64,000 nucleotides of DNA from Eledone cirrhosa (taxonomy: Eukaryota): assembly GCA_964016885.1 (NCBI GenBank), contig OZ024748.1:36270001-36334000 (forward strand), written 5' to 3'. A program made the position numbers and the translations under genes. The notes below the pieces were generated by a model. It was not told the DNA's origin. It ran no database searches and worked only from the letters and a program-made list of their open reading frames with translations. Shown here piece after piece: positions 41,991-61,182 of the stretch. The number at the start of each line of letters is the position of its first letter. Position 1 is the first letter of the stretch.

Positions 41991-43140
41991 TCCTAACTAT
42001 AAGAAGAAATAAATTAAGAAATCACTGTTTTAATACTTGTTTAACAATTAAAGGATACCAAAAATAGTTTTGTTTATTATTTGAATTTAGTGCTTTTGTT
42101 GTCTTAGCAAGATAAAATATCTTGGTAAAACTGAGGAAGGCCATAGACGCCATGTTGAAATTGTAAACAATGTCTTCCTATTAGATATGTTTTATTCGAG
42201 TGAGGATATATCTTTTATTTCTTCTTACAATGATACCAAAGTAATATATTTTGGTAAAGGCAACAAATGCTATTTTCATTCCAAATTAAATAACAGTACA
42301 TGGGCTCACGAGGGAGCCTTTATACGATTACATAACCTGCTAGAAACAGCAGTCGAATCTCATTCAAATAGCACATGATCGCCTTAATATTAAAAAAAAT
42401 TCTATCCTAGATATTCTAAGCATGCATAATAGAAAAAAAAACATGGATGTCACGTTTTGAGTGCTTTTGATCCTAAATCGGTTCAACCAGGATGACCTGG
42501 GACTAAACATCAAACATGCTTTTAAATCAACGAGGGAGCCTCTACATGGCTCGATCTGGTAGAAATAGCAGCCGAACTCTCTCATAAACACACTCTATCG
42601 TCTTTGAAAGAAATAGAACGAACCCGCTGCACGATATAATGATAGAGATACATAAAAGAAGTGAAAATTAATGGCTGTCACACATTTGATCAAATATAGA
42701 CCTGGCCAATGGTGGCCTGCCTAGGGTTAAACAATAACACCACTACCAACAACAAACAAACACATTTTAACTTTATATCCTAGTAAGAAATTATGTTGAA
42801 ATACGCTGTAAATTTCAAACCTTTATTCCAAGCTTAACTCAAAGTTTCCTGTGTCGTAAAAATATGAAAATATAAGTTTAAAAAAAAAAAAGCCAAAGCT
42901 TATAAAAAATCGAAAAAAAAAAAAAAATAATAATAATAAAAAAAAAACTGAGAACATTTCGATGTTAATCTATCATTCTATTAATTATGTATTTATTTTC
43001 TCAATAAATCCTTCAAAATTGATGTGAGAATACCTAAAATCTCGAATCATTATCATCTTTGAAATTATATGCTTATGGATATGAATATAATTGTATACAC
43101 ACATATATGTATATACATGTATGTGTATATATATATTTAG

Positions 43141-43240
<100 letters not shown>

Positions 43241-43921
43241 ATATATATATACATATCCATATACACACATATATACACATATACAGATATATATATATAT
43301 ACATATATATATACATATATATATATATATACATATATACATGTACATATATACATATACATACCTATGTTCATGTGCATATACATGTTTACTAACTTTT
43401 GGATGGCCGTTGACTCATATGAGTTCTTCCGCGCTTTGTAAGGTTTTTTTTGTCCTGCAGGGTGTCCAAAATCACCCTCCTCCCCAAGTAAACTTGGTGG
43501 GGTTGCCGGCTTAGTCGCCGACCATGTATATATATATATATATGTATATATATACATATAAATATATATATATATATACATATAAATATATATATGTATA
43601 TATATACATATATATATATGTATATATATATACATATATATATATGTATGTATATATATACATATATATATATATATGTATAACTTTGAATAACTTTGAA
43701 ACGTTTTGGCCAGTATTGGCCCAGGCCATGTCTAACTTAATAGCACCACCTGGCGAAGTCTTTCAATTCAGGATTTGGGCACCATGGCCCATTCGAGAAG
43801 AGAATTACTGTTTGCGGAGACATATCCGGGTGTTGGTGGTTTGTCCGGGATTACTTGGAGGAATTTGTCCAAAGACTTCTTGAATTTTGTGTGGTCATAT
43901 ATATATATACATATATATATT

Positions 43922-44016
<95 letters not shown>

Positions 44017-44017
44017 G

Positions 44018-44067
<50 letters not shown>

Positions 44068-44252
44068 TATATATATACATATATATATTTGTGTGGTCAT
44101 ATATATATATACATATATATATATACATATATATATATGTATGTATATATATACATATATATGTATATATATACATATATATGTATGTATATATATATAT
44201 AAACATATATATATACATATATATACATATATATATACATATATATATTACA

Positions 44253-44293
<41 letters not shown>

Positions 44294-44342
44294 GTATATA
44301 TAAATATATATATGAATATATATATGTATATACATATATATG

Positions 44343-44397
<55 letters not shown>

Positions 44398-44403
44398 ATA
44401 TAC

Positions 44404-44442
<39 letters not shown>

Positions 44443-44530
44443 CATATCTGTTATTTTAATAAATATACATATATATATATATATGTATGTATATATGTAT
44501 ATATATATATATATATGTGTATATATATAC

Positions 44531-44577
<47 letters not shown>

Positions 44578-44656
44578 TATATGTACATATATATATATAT
44601 ATATATATACACACATCTATATATATATACATATATACATACATATATATATATAT

Positions 44657-44711
<55 letters not shown>

Positions 44712-44906
44712 CATATATACATATATATATATAAACATATATATATATATATATATACACATATATATATATATATATATATGTATATGTATATATATAA
44801 ATATATTTATATATATATAAACATATATATATATATATATTCATATATATATACATATATATATATAAACATATATATTTATATATATACATATATATAT
44901 ATATAC

Positions 44907-44987
<81 letters not shown>

Positions 44988-45036
44988 TATATATATAATA
45001 AATAAATAACAAAGAACGCTTATAGCATATGCATAT

Positions 45037-45094
45037 CTTTACTTGCTAACATTGTTTCATCCACACTATAAGTGGGACTCATCAGAGCATAAAG
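45037..45094 (-). ncRNA. Type I hammerhead ribozyme in a ~110-bp island within (TA)n
   Basis: CTTTA-TGCT-CTGATGA-GTCCCAC ttata GTGtGGAT-GAAAC AAT GTT-AGCA-ag-TAAAG. Confidence 0.85.
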
Positions 45095-45611
45095 GTTAAA
45101 TTACATACCATACATATGTATTTATATGTTTATATATATACATACATATATACATATATATACATATATACACATATATATGTTTATATATACATATATA
45201 CACATATATATGTATACATATACATATACACATATATATATATGTATATATATACTTATATACATATATATATGTATATATATACATATATACATATGTA
45301 TATGTATATATATACATATATACATATGTATATGTATATATATATACATATATACATATATATATGTATATATATGTATATATATATATACATATATATA
45401 TATGTATATATATACATATATACATATATATATATGTATATATATACATATATATATATGTATGTATATATACATATATATATATACATATATATATGTA
45501 TATATGTACATATATACATATACATATGTATATATGTATATATATACATATACATATGTATATATGTATATATATATGTGAGAAAAACCACAGACCCTCC
45601 ATCTCAACTCA

Positions 45612-45649
45612 CCTTTTGAAAAGCAGAAGAACTGCGAAACCGGTAAAGG
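45612..45649 (+). ncRNA. Hammerhead-like motif with U3-A8 variant core; identical inverted copy at 45944-45981
   Basis: CCTT-TTGAAAA-GCAG aagaa CTGC-GAAAC CG GTA-AAGG. Confidence 0.7.
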
Positions 45650-45762
45650 AACCAAATAAATATATATATTTTTAAAAAAAATAAGACTCCAGTTGCATTT
45701 TCGATTTCATCTCTTTTTCTACATATATATATATATATGTATATATATACATATATATATAC

Positions 45763-45872
<110 letters not shown>

Positions 45873-46244
45873 AGAAAAAGAGATGAAATCGAAAATGCAA
45901 CAGGAGTCTTATTTTTTTTTTAAATATATATATTTATTTGGTTCCTTTACCGGTTTCGCAGTTCTTCTGCTTTTCAAAAGGTGAGTTGAGATGGAGGGTC
46001 TGTGGTTTTTCTCACATATATATATACATATATCCATATGTATATGTATATATATGAGATATATTTGATATATCTCATATGAAATGATACAGCCAATTTT
46101 CCAGACAATACAATTAGTTAGCAGCCCGAACGTTTAATTAGGAATATACTCAGATATTTCCTAATGTTTGTTGAGTGAGTTGGAATTTGGCCGGAGTATC
46201 GCTATTAGCTTTGTCCGATTATGTATTTATACATTTATATATAT

Positions 46245-46291
<47 letters not shown>

Positions 46292-46292
46292 G

Positions 46293-46365
<73 letters not shown>

Positions 46366-46394
46366 GTATACATATATACATATATATGTATATA

Positions 46395-47738
46395 TATTTA
46401 TTAAAATAATAGATTAAAGTTTAAGCAAAGAATCGCTGCTTTCATCCTTAACGGGATCTTCTGAAACTAACAAAGTCAATCTGTAAACGCAGAACTGGAT
46501 ATTTCAAAAAAACGTTGCAACCGGAGGAAGACAGGAAGACGATACTTTGGTTCGTAGGTATGATTTCCTGCTTGGTACGGGTATGTTCTTTGTAGAAATA
46601 TTCAGATGTTGTTTCTGCATGATGAATATAAGTTAGTAGAGTGCTCAACCGAAGGATCCAAATAGTAATAATAATAAAATTGAAGACTAAAATCCAAAGA
46701 GGGCTCGATAAGGAAAATATATATCAAATATATAAGAACCGTAGAGCAAATATTTATTAAAATAACAGATTAAAGTTTAAGCAAAGAATCGCTGCTTTCA
46801 CCCTTAACGGGATCTTCTGAAACTAACAAAGTCAATCTGTAAACGCAGAACTGGATATTTCAAAAAACGTTGCAACCGGAGGAAGACAGGAAGACGATAC
46901 TTTGGTTCGTAGGTATGTTTCCTGCTTGGTACGGGTATGTTCTTTGTAGAAATATTCAGATGTTGTTTCTGAATGATGAATATAAGTCAGTAGAGTGCTC
47001 AACCGAAGGAGCCAAATAGTAATAATAATAAAATTGAAGACTAAAATCCAAAGAGGGCTCGATAAGGAAAATATATATCAAATATATAAGAACCGTAGAG
47101 CAAATATTTATTAAAATAACAGATTAAAGTTTAAGCAAAGAATCGCTGCTTTCACCCTTAACGGGATCTTCTGAAACTAACAAAGTCAATCTGTAAACGC
47201 AGAACTGGATATTTCAAAAAACGTTGCAACCGGAGGAAGACAGGAAGACGATACTTTGGTTCGTGGTATGTTTTCCTGCTTGGTACGGGTATGTTCTTTG
47301 TAGAAATATTCAGATGTTGTTTCTGCATGATGAATATAAGTCAGTAGAGTGCTCAACCGAAGGAGCTAAATTTGGATTTTAGTCTTCAATTTTATTATTA
47401 TTATTATTACTATTTGGCTCCTTCGGTTGAGCACTCTACTGACTTATATTCATCATGCAGAAACAACATCTGAATATTTCTACAAAGAACATACCCGTAC
47501 CAAGCAGGAAAACATACCTACGAACCAAAGTATCGTCTTCCTGTCTTCCTCCGGTTGCAACGTTTTTTGAAATATCCAGTTCGGCGTTTACAGATTGACT
47601 TTGTTAGTTTCAGAAGATCCCGTTAAGGGTGAAAGCAGCGATTCTTTGCTTAAACTTTAATCTCTTATATATTTGATATATATTTTCCTTATCGAGCCCT
47701 CTTTGGATTTTAGTCTTCAATTTTATTATTATTACTAT
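46395..47738. mobile_element. Tandem ~355-bp units (about 2.7 copies) plus one inverted unit, each with a U4A-variant hammerhead motif
   Basis: Motif AGTTT-CAGAAGA-tCCC gttaa GGGt-GAA-AGCA..TGCT-T-AAACT at 46418, 46774 and 47128 (minus) and 47606 (plus). A fragment of the unit also lies at ~31337-31425. Confidence 0.8.
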
Positions 47739-48300
47739 ATGTATATATATATATATATACATATATATCTGTATATATATATCTATCCATATATATATAT
47801 ATGTATATATATATATACATATATATATACATATATACATATATATATATATGTATATATATATGTATATATATATACATATATATATACATATATATAT
47901 ATATGTATATATATGTATATATATATACATATATATATACATATATATACACATATATATATATACATATATATATATATATGTATACATATATATGTGT
48001 ATATATATATACATATATATATACATATATATACATATATATATATGTATATATATATATACATATATATATACATATATATATACATATATATATGTAC
48101 ATATATATAAATGTATATATATATGTATATATATATACACATATATATACATATATATATATACATATATATATACATATATATATATACATATATATAT
48201 ACATATACATATATATACATATATATATACATATATACACATATATATACATATACATATATATACATATATATAGATTACATATATATAGATATACATA

Positions 48301-51786
<3,486 letters not shown>

Positions 51787-51853
51787 GATATACATATATA
51801 TATATATATAAATATATATATATACATATGTATACATACATATATATACATAT

Positions 51854-52800
51854 ACGTGGGAAAGTAAGAAATCGGAGAATAGACAGTTAAAACATGTTTA
51901 TTTAAAACAGCACCTACGTACGTTTCGCCCAGTTGGGCTTCTTAGAGGATACTGCTTGACTGATAGGGTTATATATTGATGCACTATAACTAGCCACAAT
52001 AGCGTTAAACATCATATAGGGGCTACCACCGGCCCGTTCACAATTAGGTTTCGAACCCATCTCCACTCTATCACAAATTAAAAAACTAAGACACTCCACT
52101 TCGCTCGCGGACTACACCACATCACTAAAGGACTTAAACATCAGCTTCTCCACGCACTGGGATATTGTCGGCAGGGCTGCACCGTACAACTTCAAGAGGA
52201 AATGCGATCTTTGCCTCATGGAGCTCTACCACATCATAACTGCACCCCACGAGCTCATCAACAGCAGAGCTGAAACAGCGATAAGTTGTACACATCGCTT
52301 AAAAATATCCTTCTTCAGATGGGTTAAGGAGGAGGAGTGAAACCGTGCACCGGATCTCCCTGCAACAAGTCTTAACAGCCCGGCGGGCAGGCGCTGCAAA
52401 ATAACACCCAGGAAACTATCCTTGCATACAACTCAGACAAACAGATGATGCAAAAAAGTAAAAAAAAAACCAAAAAACTCTCTAAATAAGCGTTGATTAC
52501 ATGCGTATCGACAATGGTAAGGTTGTAACCTCATCTCGTAGCGGATAAAAAAAAAAAATTTTTTCCGGGAAAGACTGCCCTAACACCTCCCTTGACCTGC
52601 TGCAAAATCAAAACAAGCTATTTTTGCAAGCAATGAACCTTGACGTGGATTTAACCCCCAAAACTCTTTCCGAGCAATGTAAGGAACACTTTTGATTATT
52701 TATGCCCTTGAGAAGCCCAACTGGGCCAAACATACGTAGGTGCTGTTTTAAATAAACATGTTTTAACGGTCTATTCTCCGATTTCTTACTTTCCCACGTG
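51854..52800 (+). mobile_element. Heavily 5'-truncated Penelope-like element (GIY-YIG remnant 51945-52340) with ~88-bp inverted termini carrying damaged HHRs
   Basis: YCLTDRVIY*C..HHIGATTGPFTIRFRTHLHS..STSLADY..WDIVGRAAPY..CDLCLME..LINSRAE..CTHR. Arms 51854-51941 / 52712-52799 contain AGA-AGCCC aact GGGC-GAAAC GTAC GTA-GGTGC. Confidence 0.82.
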
Positions 52801-53087
52801 CTTACGCTCTGCTAATTTTCTAGCCCACTAAATATTAACACTTCGAATATTTAATACTGCCGGCACTAGTATCGGGCACCTTTGGCATACGCTACTTGGC
52901 AAATAACTATATGTATCACCTATCTTCTCCCTTTTTTTTCTCTCTCTCGATACGTAAATACTGTATATACATATATATATACATATATATATACATATAT
53001 ATATATATATACATATATATATACATAAATTATTAACAAAATAATGAATAAACAAAGAAACAGTTCCTTATATTAAACAAAAAAAGT

Positions 53088-53228
53088 TCATTATTTTACG
53101 ATCGTTTCTAGGACATATATGTGTTAGAATTGGTATGCATATTCAAAAGATCTATGTACAAAATTATACAAACTATCAAAGAGAATATACATACCTTCAC
53201 ATATATATGCTGTCTTCAGAAATAATGA
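53088..53228 (-). ncRNA. Type I hammerhead, long-stem-II family, intact (GUA)
   Basis: TCATTATTT-CTGAAGA-~105-nt stem II-GAAAC GATC GTA-AAATAATGA (perfect 9-bp stem I); lies in the inverted 3'-UTR copy upstream of the PLE ORF. Confidence 0.82.
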
Positions 53229-53607
53229 TGCAAATTTATTGATAATAACAATAATTCAAAATTACAGGTCTGTTTGGGAACAGATTTTAAATAGACCAAT
53301 GAAATACATAAAAATCTATCAAGAAAATACAGTTAGGTGTGTGTATATATGTATGTAAATCAGTTCACAGATGTGCACAAAATTGTATGTTCATATGCAT
53401 ACGCATGTTGAAAAAGTGTATGTAAATATAAAAATTTAGGGCTTAATGTATCTGCATGTCTACAATCTACAGACAGAATATATATATACATATATATATA
53501 TACATATATACATATATACATATATATACATATATATATATATATACAAATATATACACACACACATACATATATACATACAGACACACACACATATATA
53601 CATGCAC

Positions 53608-53681
<74 letters not shown>

Positions 53682-54083
53682 ACAAATATATTATTATTAT
53701 AACTATATGGATATTGAGGCGCTCACATAAACACGCCCACACACACACTTACATTCAGATGCAGAAGTAAAGGAGGTAAGGGAATAAGTAAATAAAGGAA
53801 GGTGTCAACCTTGACATACTAATAAGAATGTATCCACTACAAATATAAAAACATAAAAAAACATAAAAGAGAGACATAAAATATACATGCTTATATACAT
53901 ACGCACATTTACACATCCATACGTTCGATACATACATACGTACACACACACACACATACACATACTTAACGTCACGCATATTAACCTGTTTGTATGCATA
54001 CACATAAAAATAAGTAAAACATATACCCATACATATAAATACACACCGATATATATATATCTAAATATGCAGATAGGAAATAT

Positions 54084-56340
54084 ATGTATGATTTCAATAC
54101 TTACAAGAATCCACCACACAACTCTTTACTTGAAGACTTTGAGAAAGACCTTTTTAATTTAATTAAACACCTCAAATTTAAGAAGTATAAATCTGTCTTT
54201 CAAAAGGACCTTGATTCTACCCTATTGGACCTAAAAAAGTCTAAAAAAATCCATGTCCACTCGGACAAAACTGGTAACTTGTATCACATGGATATTGAAG
54301 ATTATAATGAGTTCATATATAAAGAACTCAGGAAAAATTATAAAAAATCTAATAATGCGTCACTCACCAACATCAACAACAAAACACACAACATAGTAAA
54401 AAAACTAAACATTGAAGATAGAACTGAACCTTTGGCATTGAAAAGACCACATTTCAACCTGAAGGATCATAAATCAAACTTTAACTCAAATCCTTCTATA
54501 AGACTTATATGTCCCTCCAAATCTGATATTGGAATAATTAGCAAAAAAATTTTAGATAGAGTCATCCCACAAATAAGAAAACACGTTAATTTACCACTCT
54601 GGGAAAACACTTCCCAGGTAATTAACTGGTTTAAAAATATTAGATGTAAATCTTCTGCTTCATTTCTACAATTTGATATAGATAATTACTATTCTTCTAT
54701 ATCACCTATACTCCTGAACAAAGCATTGATATTTGCTAAAAATAGATCTAACTTAACTTTGGATGACATTAATATTATTACACATGCTAGACTAACACTT
54801 ATTGAATTTCAGAATGAATACTGGACCAGAAACACATATAGTAATCTATTTGATATTACTATGGGTTCAAGCGATTCCGCCCAAATTACTGATCTTGTGG
54901 GCCTCTTTCTCCTTTTCAACATAAATGCCTCCTTTCCCCACCTTAAAGGTGGTTTATATCGTGATGACTGTCTTCTTCTTTCCAACAACCTTAGCCTTTC
55001 AGAAATAGAAAAAAACAAAAAGCATATTAGAACTTTCCTTAAAGACTATTATAGTCTTCATATTACTTTTGAAAAAACAAGTAAAGTAGTAAATTTCCTA
55101 GATATAACTTTAGACTTAGCTACGGGTATCTACCAACCTTACCATAAACCCAACCAAAACTTACACTACATACACTCACAATCTAATCACCCTAAATCTA
55201 TCCTTAAAAACCTTGCATATAATATATCACTTAGAATTTCTAACCTTTCTTCTAACCAAGATGTATTTGATAAAAATGCGACCTTCTATAATGAAGCTCT
55301 AGATAGAAGTGGCCACAAAAATAGATTAGAATATATACCTTCTACTAAAAATAAAAATACTATAAACATACAACCTAATATTACCAACAAACACCAAATG
55401 AAAAGTACACACCTAAATGCCACCCACACTATACCCAAAAATACCAACAACTCTTCTAATATAAAGTATAGTAACTCTCAAAAAACTACTCATCATACAA
55501 CTCTAATAAATGTTAATAATAAAACTCCTAATAAACAAGATAAAACACCTAAATCTATAAATCTAACTAAAAATGTGCGTGGTGAGATCATTAACATTAA
55601 TCCTCCTAGTAAACATCACGATACAACCTATAAAAATAATAAACAACATAGAAACCGTAATAGACGAGTTACTTGGTATAATGCTCCATTTAATTTACAA
55701 ATTAAGGATAATATTGCTAAAAAATTTTTTTATATCCTAGAGAAAAACTTCTCGCCAAACCACAAATACCATCAAATCTTAAACAGGTCTACAGTTAAAT
55801 TCTCATACTCAACAACCAATAACATAAAACAAAATATAAGTGCCTATAATGCATATAAATGTAAGAATACCATAAGTATACCACCAATACATCAAACTAA
55901 CCATAATATCTCCTCAAATACAGAATTAACGAAAGGTTGTAACTGTAGAAACAAAGCAAACTACCCATTAAAAGGAAATTGTCTTGTTAACAACATAGTT
56001 TATAAATGTAATGTTAAAACTAAAGATTCTATTTGCTCATATATAGGAGCTACTTCTAACAATTTTAAGGTAAGGTTTAATACCCACAAACATAGTTTTA
56101 AAAATGCCGCACTGGCTAATACAACATCTCATAGCAGAAAAAATCAATAGTTATAAAAATAAGAATATAGAATATGATATGACCTGGAGTGTGCTCAAAA
56201 GAGCCACCCCTTATCAAAATAATAGAAATGAATGTAGATTATGTTCCCAAGAACTATTTGAAATAATGAAATCTAAGGATATCCTATTAAATAAACGACA
56301 TGAATTAATTATATTGTAATCATAAACTAAGAAAAACATT
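54084..56340 (+). CDS. Penelope-like element polyprotein (RT + C-terminal GIY-YIG endonuclease), probably 5'-truncated, frameshifted near 56130
   Basis: SDKTGNLY, LKDHK..F...P..RLI.P.KS, FLQFDIDNYYSSI, FDITMGSSDSA, GLYRDD, VNFLDITLDL, YIHSQSNHP; CNCR...PLKGNCL..IVYKC..YIGAT..FKVRF..H; continues in ORF 56104-56319 (CRLC, LLNKR). Resembles Nematis-type PLEs (tentative). Confidence 0.92.
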
Positions 56341-56841
56341 TAAATATTATAAACCTAATTAATAACATTATTTTAGATATTAATATATAATTTAATTTAA
56401 ATGTTAGTTAACCTATAAATTTAATTTAATTAAAATTCTACTACAGATGAGATTATAAAATATTGTGTAATCATAAATTGTGAAAAACTTTTAAATATTA
56501 CTAATATATACTTTGTAAATTAATTTATAGATTAATTTTAATTTATTTAACCTTTTATTAAAATTCCTTTACAGATAAAATATAACAAAATATCGTGTAT
56601 TCAATGACAGAGAAATATTTTTTAATAATATAGACCTAATTAATGTACAATTTAGAAATATATTTATAATTTGGTTTTAATTTGGTTAACCTAAAAATTT
56701 AATTTAATTGGCTTAAAATTAAAATCCTAATACAGATGAATTGCAGAGTGTCATGTAATCATAGACTGAGAAAGGTTTTAGATGTATACCTAGTTAATAT
56801 ATTCTTTGCAATTTTTGAAAAAATATGTATATATATATATG

Positions 56842-56927
<86 letters not shown>

Positions 56928-56928
<1 letters not shown>

Positions 56929-57063
56929 GTTATTCCGGGTTGAATCGGAGGTAACCACAGTAAGTAAGGTACTCAATACATAGCAGAGTATAACAGTTTT
57001 AATATAGATGAGATTCTACAGGACTAGAACTGTTCTAGTCCTGTAGAATCTCATCTATATTAA

Positions 57064-57121
<58 letters not shown>

Positions 57122-57806
57122 GAATATATATGTGTATATATTAATTTTAATTTCTGTTTACCTATAATTATATTCTACTATAGATAAAATACAATATCTG
57201 TTTTAATTATTATAAACCTAATTAACATATACTATAGAAATTAATATATAATTTTTAATTTAGTTAACCTATAATTTATATTCTACTACCGATGTAATAC
57301 TTTATTTGGTTTTTTTCCCTATTACTGAATTCATTTCCTAATATTGATACCATAACGTTAATAATTTTAATTTAGTTATACTATAATTAATACTCTACTA
57401 CTATTTAACTTCAAAATTCCGCTTCAAATATTATAAACCTAAGTAGTATACACCTTAGAAATCAATATATTAACTATCTTTAATTTAGTTAACCTATAAT
57501 TAATAGTCTACTTATATTAAAATGCATAATTTTGCCTTCTTTCTTACATTTCCTAATACTGAAACTACTATGTAAACACATATTATGATCTAAATGCAGA
57601 TTAATATTCTATGTTTCTTGAAACCTATATTTACTATAATCCCCTCCCCCCCCCTATTATTATTTGTATTTGTAAGCGTGGATGTATGTATGTATATGTA
57701 GGTAGGTATGTATGTTTGGGTGTTTGTATGTGAGTATAAAAATACATATGTGCGCATGTAAATAAGGGTGTATGATTGTATGTATATATATATATATATG
57801 TATATA

Positions 57807-57837
<31 letters not shown>

Positions 57838-58106
57838 GTATCTATGTATTTATGTGGGTATATGTGTGTATGTATATGTATGCGCATGTATACGTCTATG
57901 TGTATATATGTGTATGTGTATATATGTACGTATATGTGCATGTATATGTGAGTGTGTGTATATATATATATATAGATTCCTGATGATTTCTAATGAATGA
58001 AACAGTTCTAGTCCTGTAGAATCTCATCTATATTAAAACTTTTATACTCTGCTATGTATTGAGTACCTTACTTACTGTGGTTACCTCCGATTCAACCCGG
58101 AATAAC

Positions 58107-58108
<2 letters not shown>
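56928..58108. mobile_element. Divergent pair of short HHR-family ends: 56928-57068 (self-palindromic) and 57974-58108
   Basis: 56928-57033 is the reverse complement of ~58002-58108; a local palindrome is centred at 57031. Confidence 0.8.
57974..58024 (+). ncRNA. Type I hammerhead ribozyme (GUA)
   Basis: AGATTC-CTGATGA-tTTC taat GAAt-GAA-ACAG ttctagtc CTGT-A-GAATCT. Confidence 0.85.
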
Positions 58109-58160
<52 letters not shown>

Positions 58161-58204
58161 AGTTGATGTGTGTATGTGTATATATATATATATGTATGTA
58201 TATG

Positions 58205-58269
<65 letters not shown>

Positions 58270-58324
58270 GTGTATATATATGTATATGTATGTGTGTGCA
58301 TATTTGTCTGACTGGGTGTATTAA

Positions 58325-58355
<31 letters not shown>

Positions 58356-58383
58356 TATTTCTTTATTTTTATATATATGTGTA

Positions 58384-58430
<47 letters not shown>

Positions 58431-58822
58431 ATGTATATGTATGTATGTATGTATGTGTATATGTGTGTGTGTGTGTATGTGTGTATATATTTATATGTGT
58501 ATATATATCTCTATTTATATATGTATATATGTGTATGAATATCCCTTTATTTATGTGTCTGAGTTGTGTGAGCGTGTGGTTGTGTTTGTATGTGTATACG
58601 CATACATGGATGTGTATGTATGTGTATATATGCGTATATGTATGTGTGTATGTGTGTGTGTATATATGTATGTCTATGTATGAGTATATATATGTATGTA
58701 TGTATATATATGTGTGTATATATATATGTATATATATATATATATGTATATATATATTTATTATTTACGTGTGTGTATATATATATATCTTTGTGTATAC
58801 GTGTATGTGTACATGTGTGTGT

Positions 58823-58870
<48 letters not shown>

Positions 58871-58871
58871 G

Positions 58872-58919
<48 letters not shown>

Positions 58920-58960
58920 GGTATGTATGTGTATATGTGTATATACATGAGTGTATTTAT

Positions 58961-59000
<40 letters not shown>

Positions 59001-59019
59001 TTGGAATGTATGTATATAT

Positions 59020-59051
<32 letters not shown>

Positions 59052-59201
59052 GTGTGTATATATGTATATGTCTATGTATTTATATGTGTATATGTATGTG
59101 TCTCTATATGTATGTGCGTGTGTGTATGTGTATGTGTATATATATGGTGTGTCTATGTATATGTATGTGTATGTATGTTTATGTATATGTGTATGTATAT
59201 G

Positions 59202-59280
<79 letters not shown>

Positions 59281-59424
59281 ATCGATGTATATTTTATATT
59301 TTACTTGTTTATATATATATATATATATATATATACATGGAAAGTTATATTTAAATTGTTGGGTTACAACTAGTAAATATTTATAACTGATATAAAAGCA
59401 CTCAACAAGTATTTGGAGTATATT

Positions 59425-61182
59425 TACGATATTAAATAAATGGAAACTATATTTATAAAACCATATTTATTTCATTATATATATTTCAGGGATATCATAT
59501 TAACAATATGTTATGCCTTCTTCAGACAAAATACAATATAGACAGTTTTATAGATAAATAGATTTGACATACCGTTCAACATCGACTTGTATTTGAAAAA
59601 GTTGATTTGGCAGTGAAAAATTGTAAACAGCAAGAAAGAAAGAAAGAAAGAAAGAAGGAAAGAAGGAAAGAAGGAAAGAAAGAAAGAAAGAAAGAAAGAA
59701 AACGAAGAAAAAGAAGAAAAAGAAGAAATGCATGCAACAAAATAGAGAGATGGAAAGATAGATAAAGAGAAGAACTTCATGTAAAGAAACAGAGAGAGAT
59801 ATATAGAGAGAGGAAATAGATAGAGATAGATATATATAGAGAAAAGTAGGTAGTTGGACGACGTATCAATGATACCTTTATTTATTTATTTATTTATTTA
59901 GCTCTAGTATTAATGTAAGGGAGATATATGTCGTTAGGAAAGAAACCAGCCGTTATATAGAGAGAAAAATGAAAAGTAACCAGACATAGGCGAGGCAGAA
60001 TTCAAAAACCCTATGTTTTAATGTAGAAGTATTAGTTCGTATAAAAACCAGGCACTATAATGTAAATATCAGTATTCCTGAATGAGACACGTATCTATAA
60101 TGTGTGAAAAGTAATGATCTTATGTCTAGTTTTAAAAATTCATATGTTTATATGATAACTACAAACATCGATGTGAATTTACGTGAATTCATCGATGTGA
60201 ATTTACGTGATCAACTCTTTATTTTTATTTTTATTATTATTATTATTATTATTTTTTGTATTTTTTGTTTTTGTTTCTGATATTTTTATTAATATATTGA
60301 AATCTGTTCTCTATTTCTGCTTGATAGATAATCATGTAGAGTAAAGACAAGAATAGTATTGTTAAAATTAATATAGACTCTATATATATGTGTGTATATA
60401 TACACATATATGTATACTTAAATTTTTATAGCACAATGAGAAAGTTCTCCGTGTGAAATAGGGGTTTGCAGAGTTGATCACCTAAATTCACATCGATGTT
60501 TGTAGTTATCATATAAACATATGAATTTTTAAAACTAGACATAAGATCATTACTTTTCACACATTATAGATACGTGTCTCATTCAGGAATACTGATATTT
60601 ACATTATAGTGCCTGGTTTTTATACGAACTAATACTTCTACATTAAAACATTGGGTTTTTGAATTCTGCCTCGCCTATGACTGGTTACTTTTCATTTTTC
60701 TCTATATATAACGGCTGGTTTCTTTCCTAACGACATATATCTCCCTTACATTAATACTAGAGCTAAATAAATAAATAAATAAAGGTATCATTGATACGTC
60801 GTCCAACTACCTACTTTTCTCTATATATATCTATCTCTATCTATTTCCTCTCTCTATATATCTCTCTCTGTTTCTTTACATGAAGTTCTTCTCTTTATCT
60901 ATCTTTCCATCTCTCTATTTTGTTGCATGCATTTCTTCTTTTTCTTCGTTTTCTTTCTTTCCTTCTTTCTTTCTTTCTGTTTACAATTTTTCACTATCAA
61001 ATCAACTTTTTCAAATACAAGTCGATGTTGAACGGTATGTCAAATCTATTTATCTATAAAACTGTCTATATTGTATTTTGTCTGAAGAAGGCATAACATA
61101 TTGTTAATATGATATCTCTGAAATATATATAATGAAATAAATATGGTTTTATAAATATAGTTTCCATTTATTTAATATCGTA
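59425..61182. mobile_element. Large inverted repeat (arms 59425-60218 / 60470-61182) with outward-pointing HHRs at 59468-59533 (-) and 61074-61139 (+)
   Basis: TATTTTGT-CTGAAGA-AGG.CATA..TATG..CT-GAAAT ATAT ATA-ATGAAATA; the sequence 3' of the HHR is homologous to 30675-30736. Confidence 0.85.
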
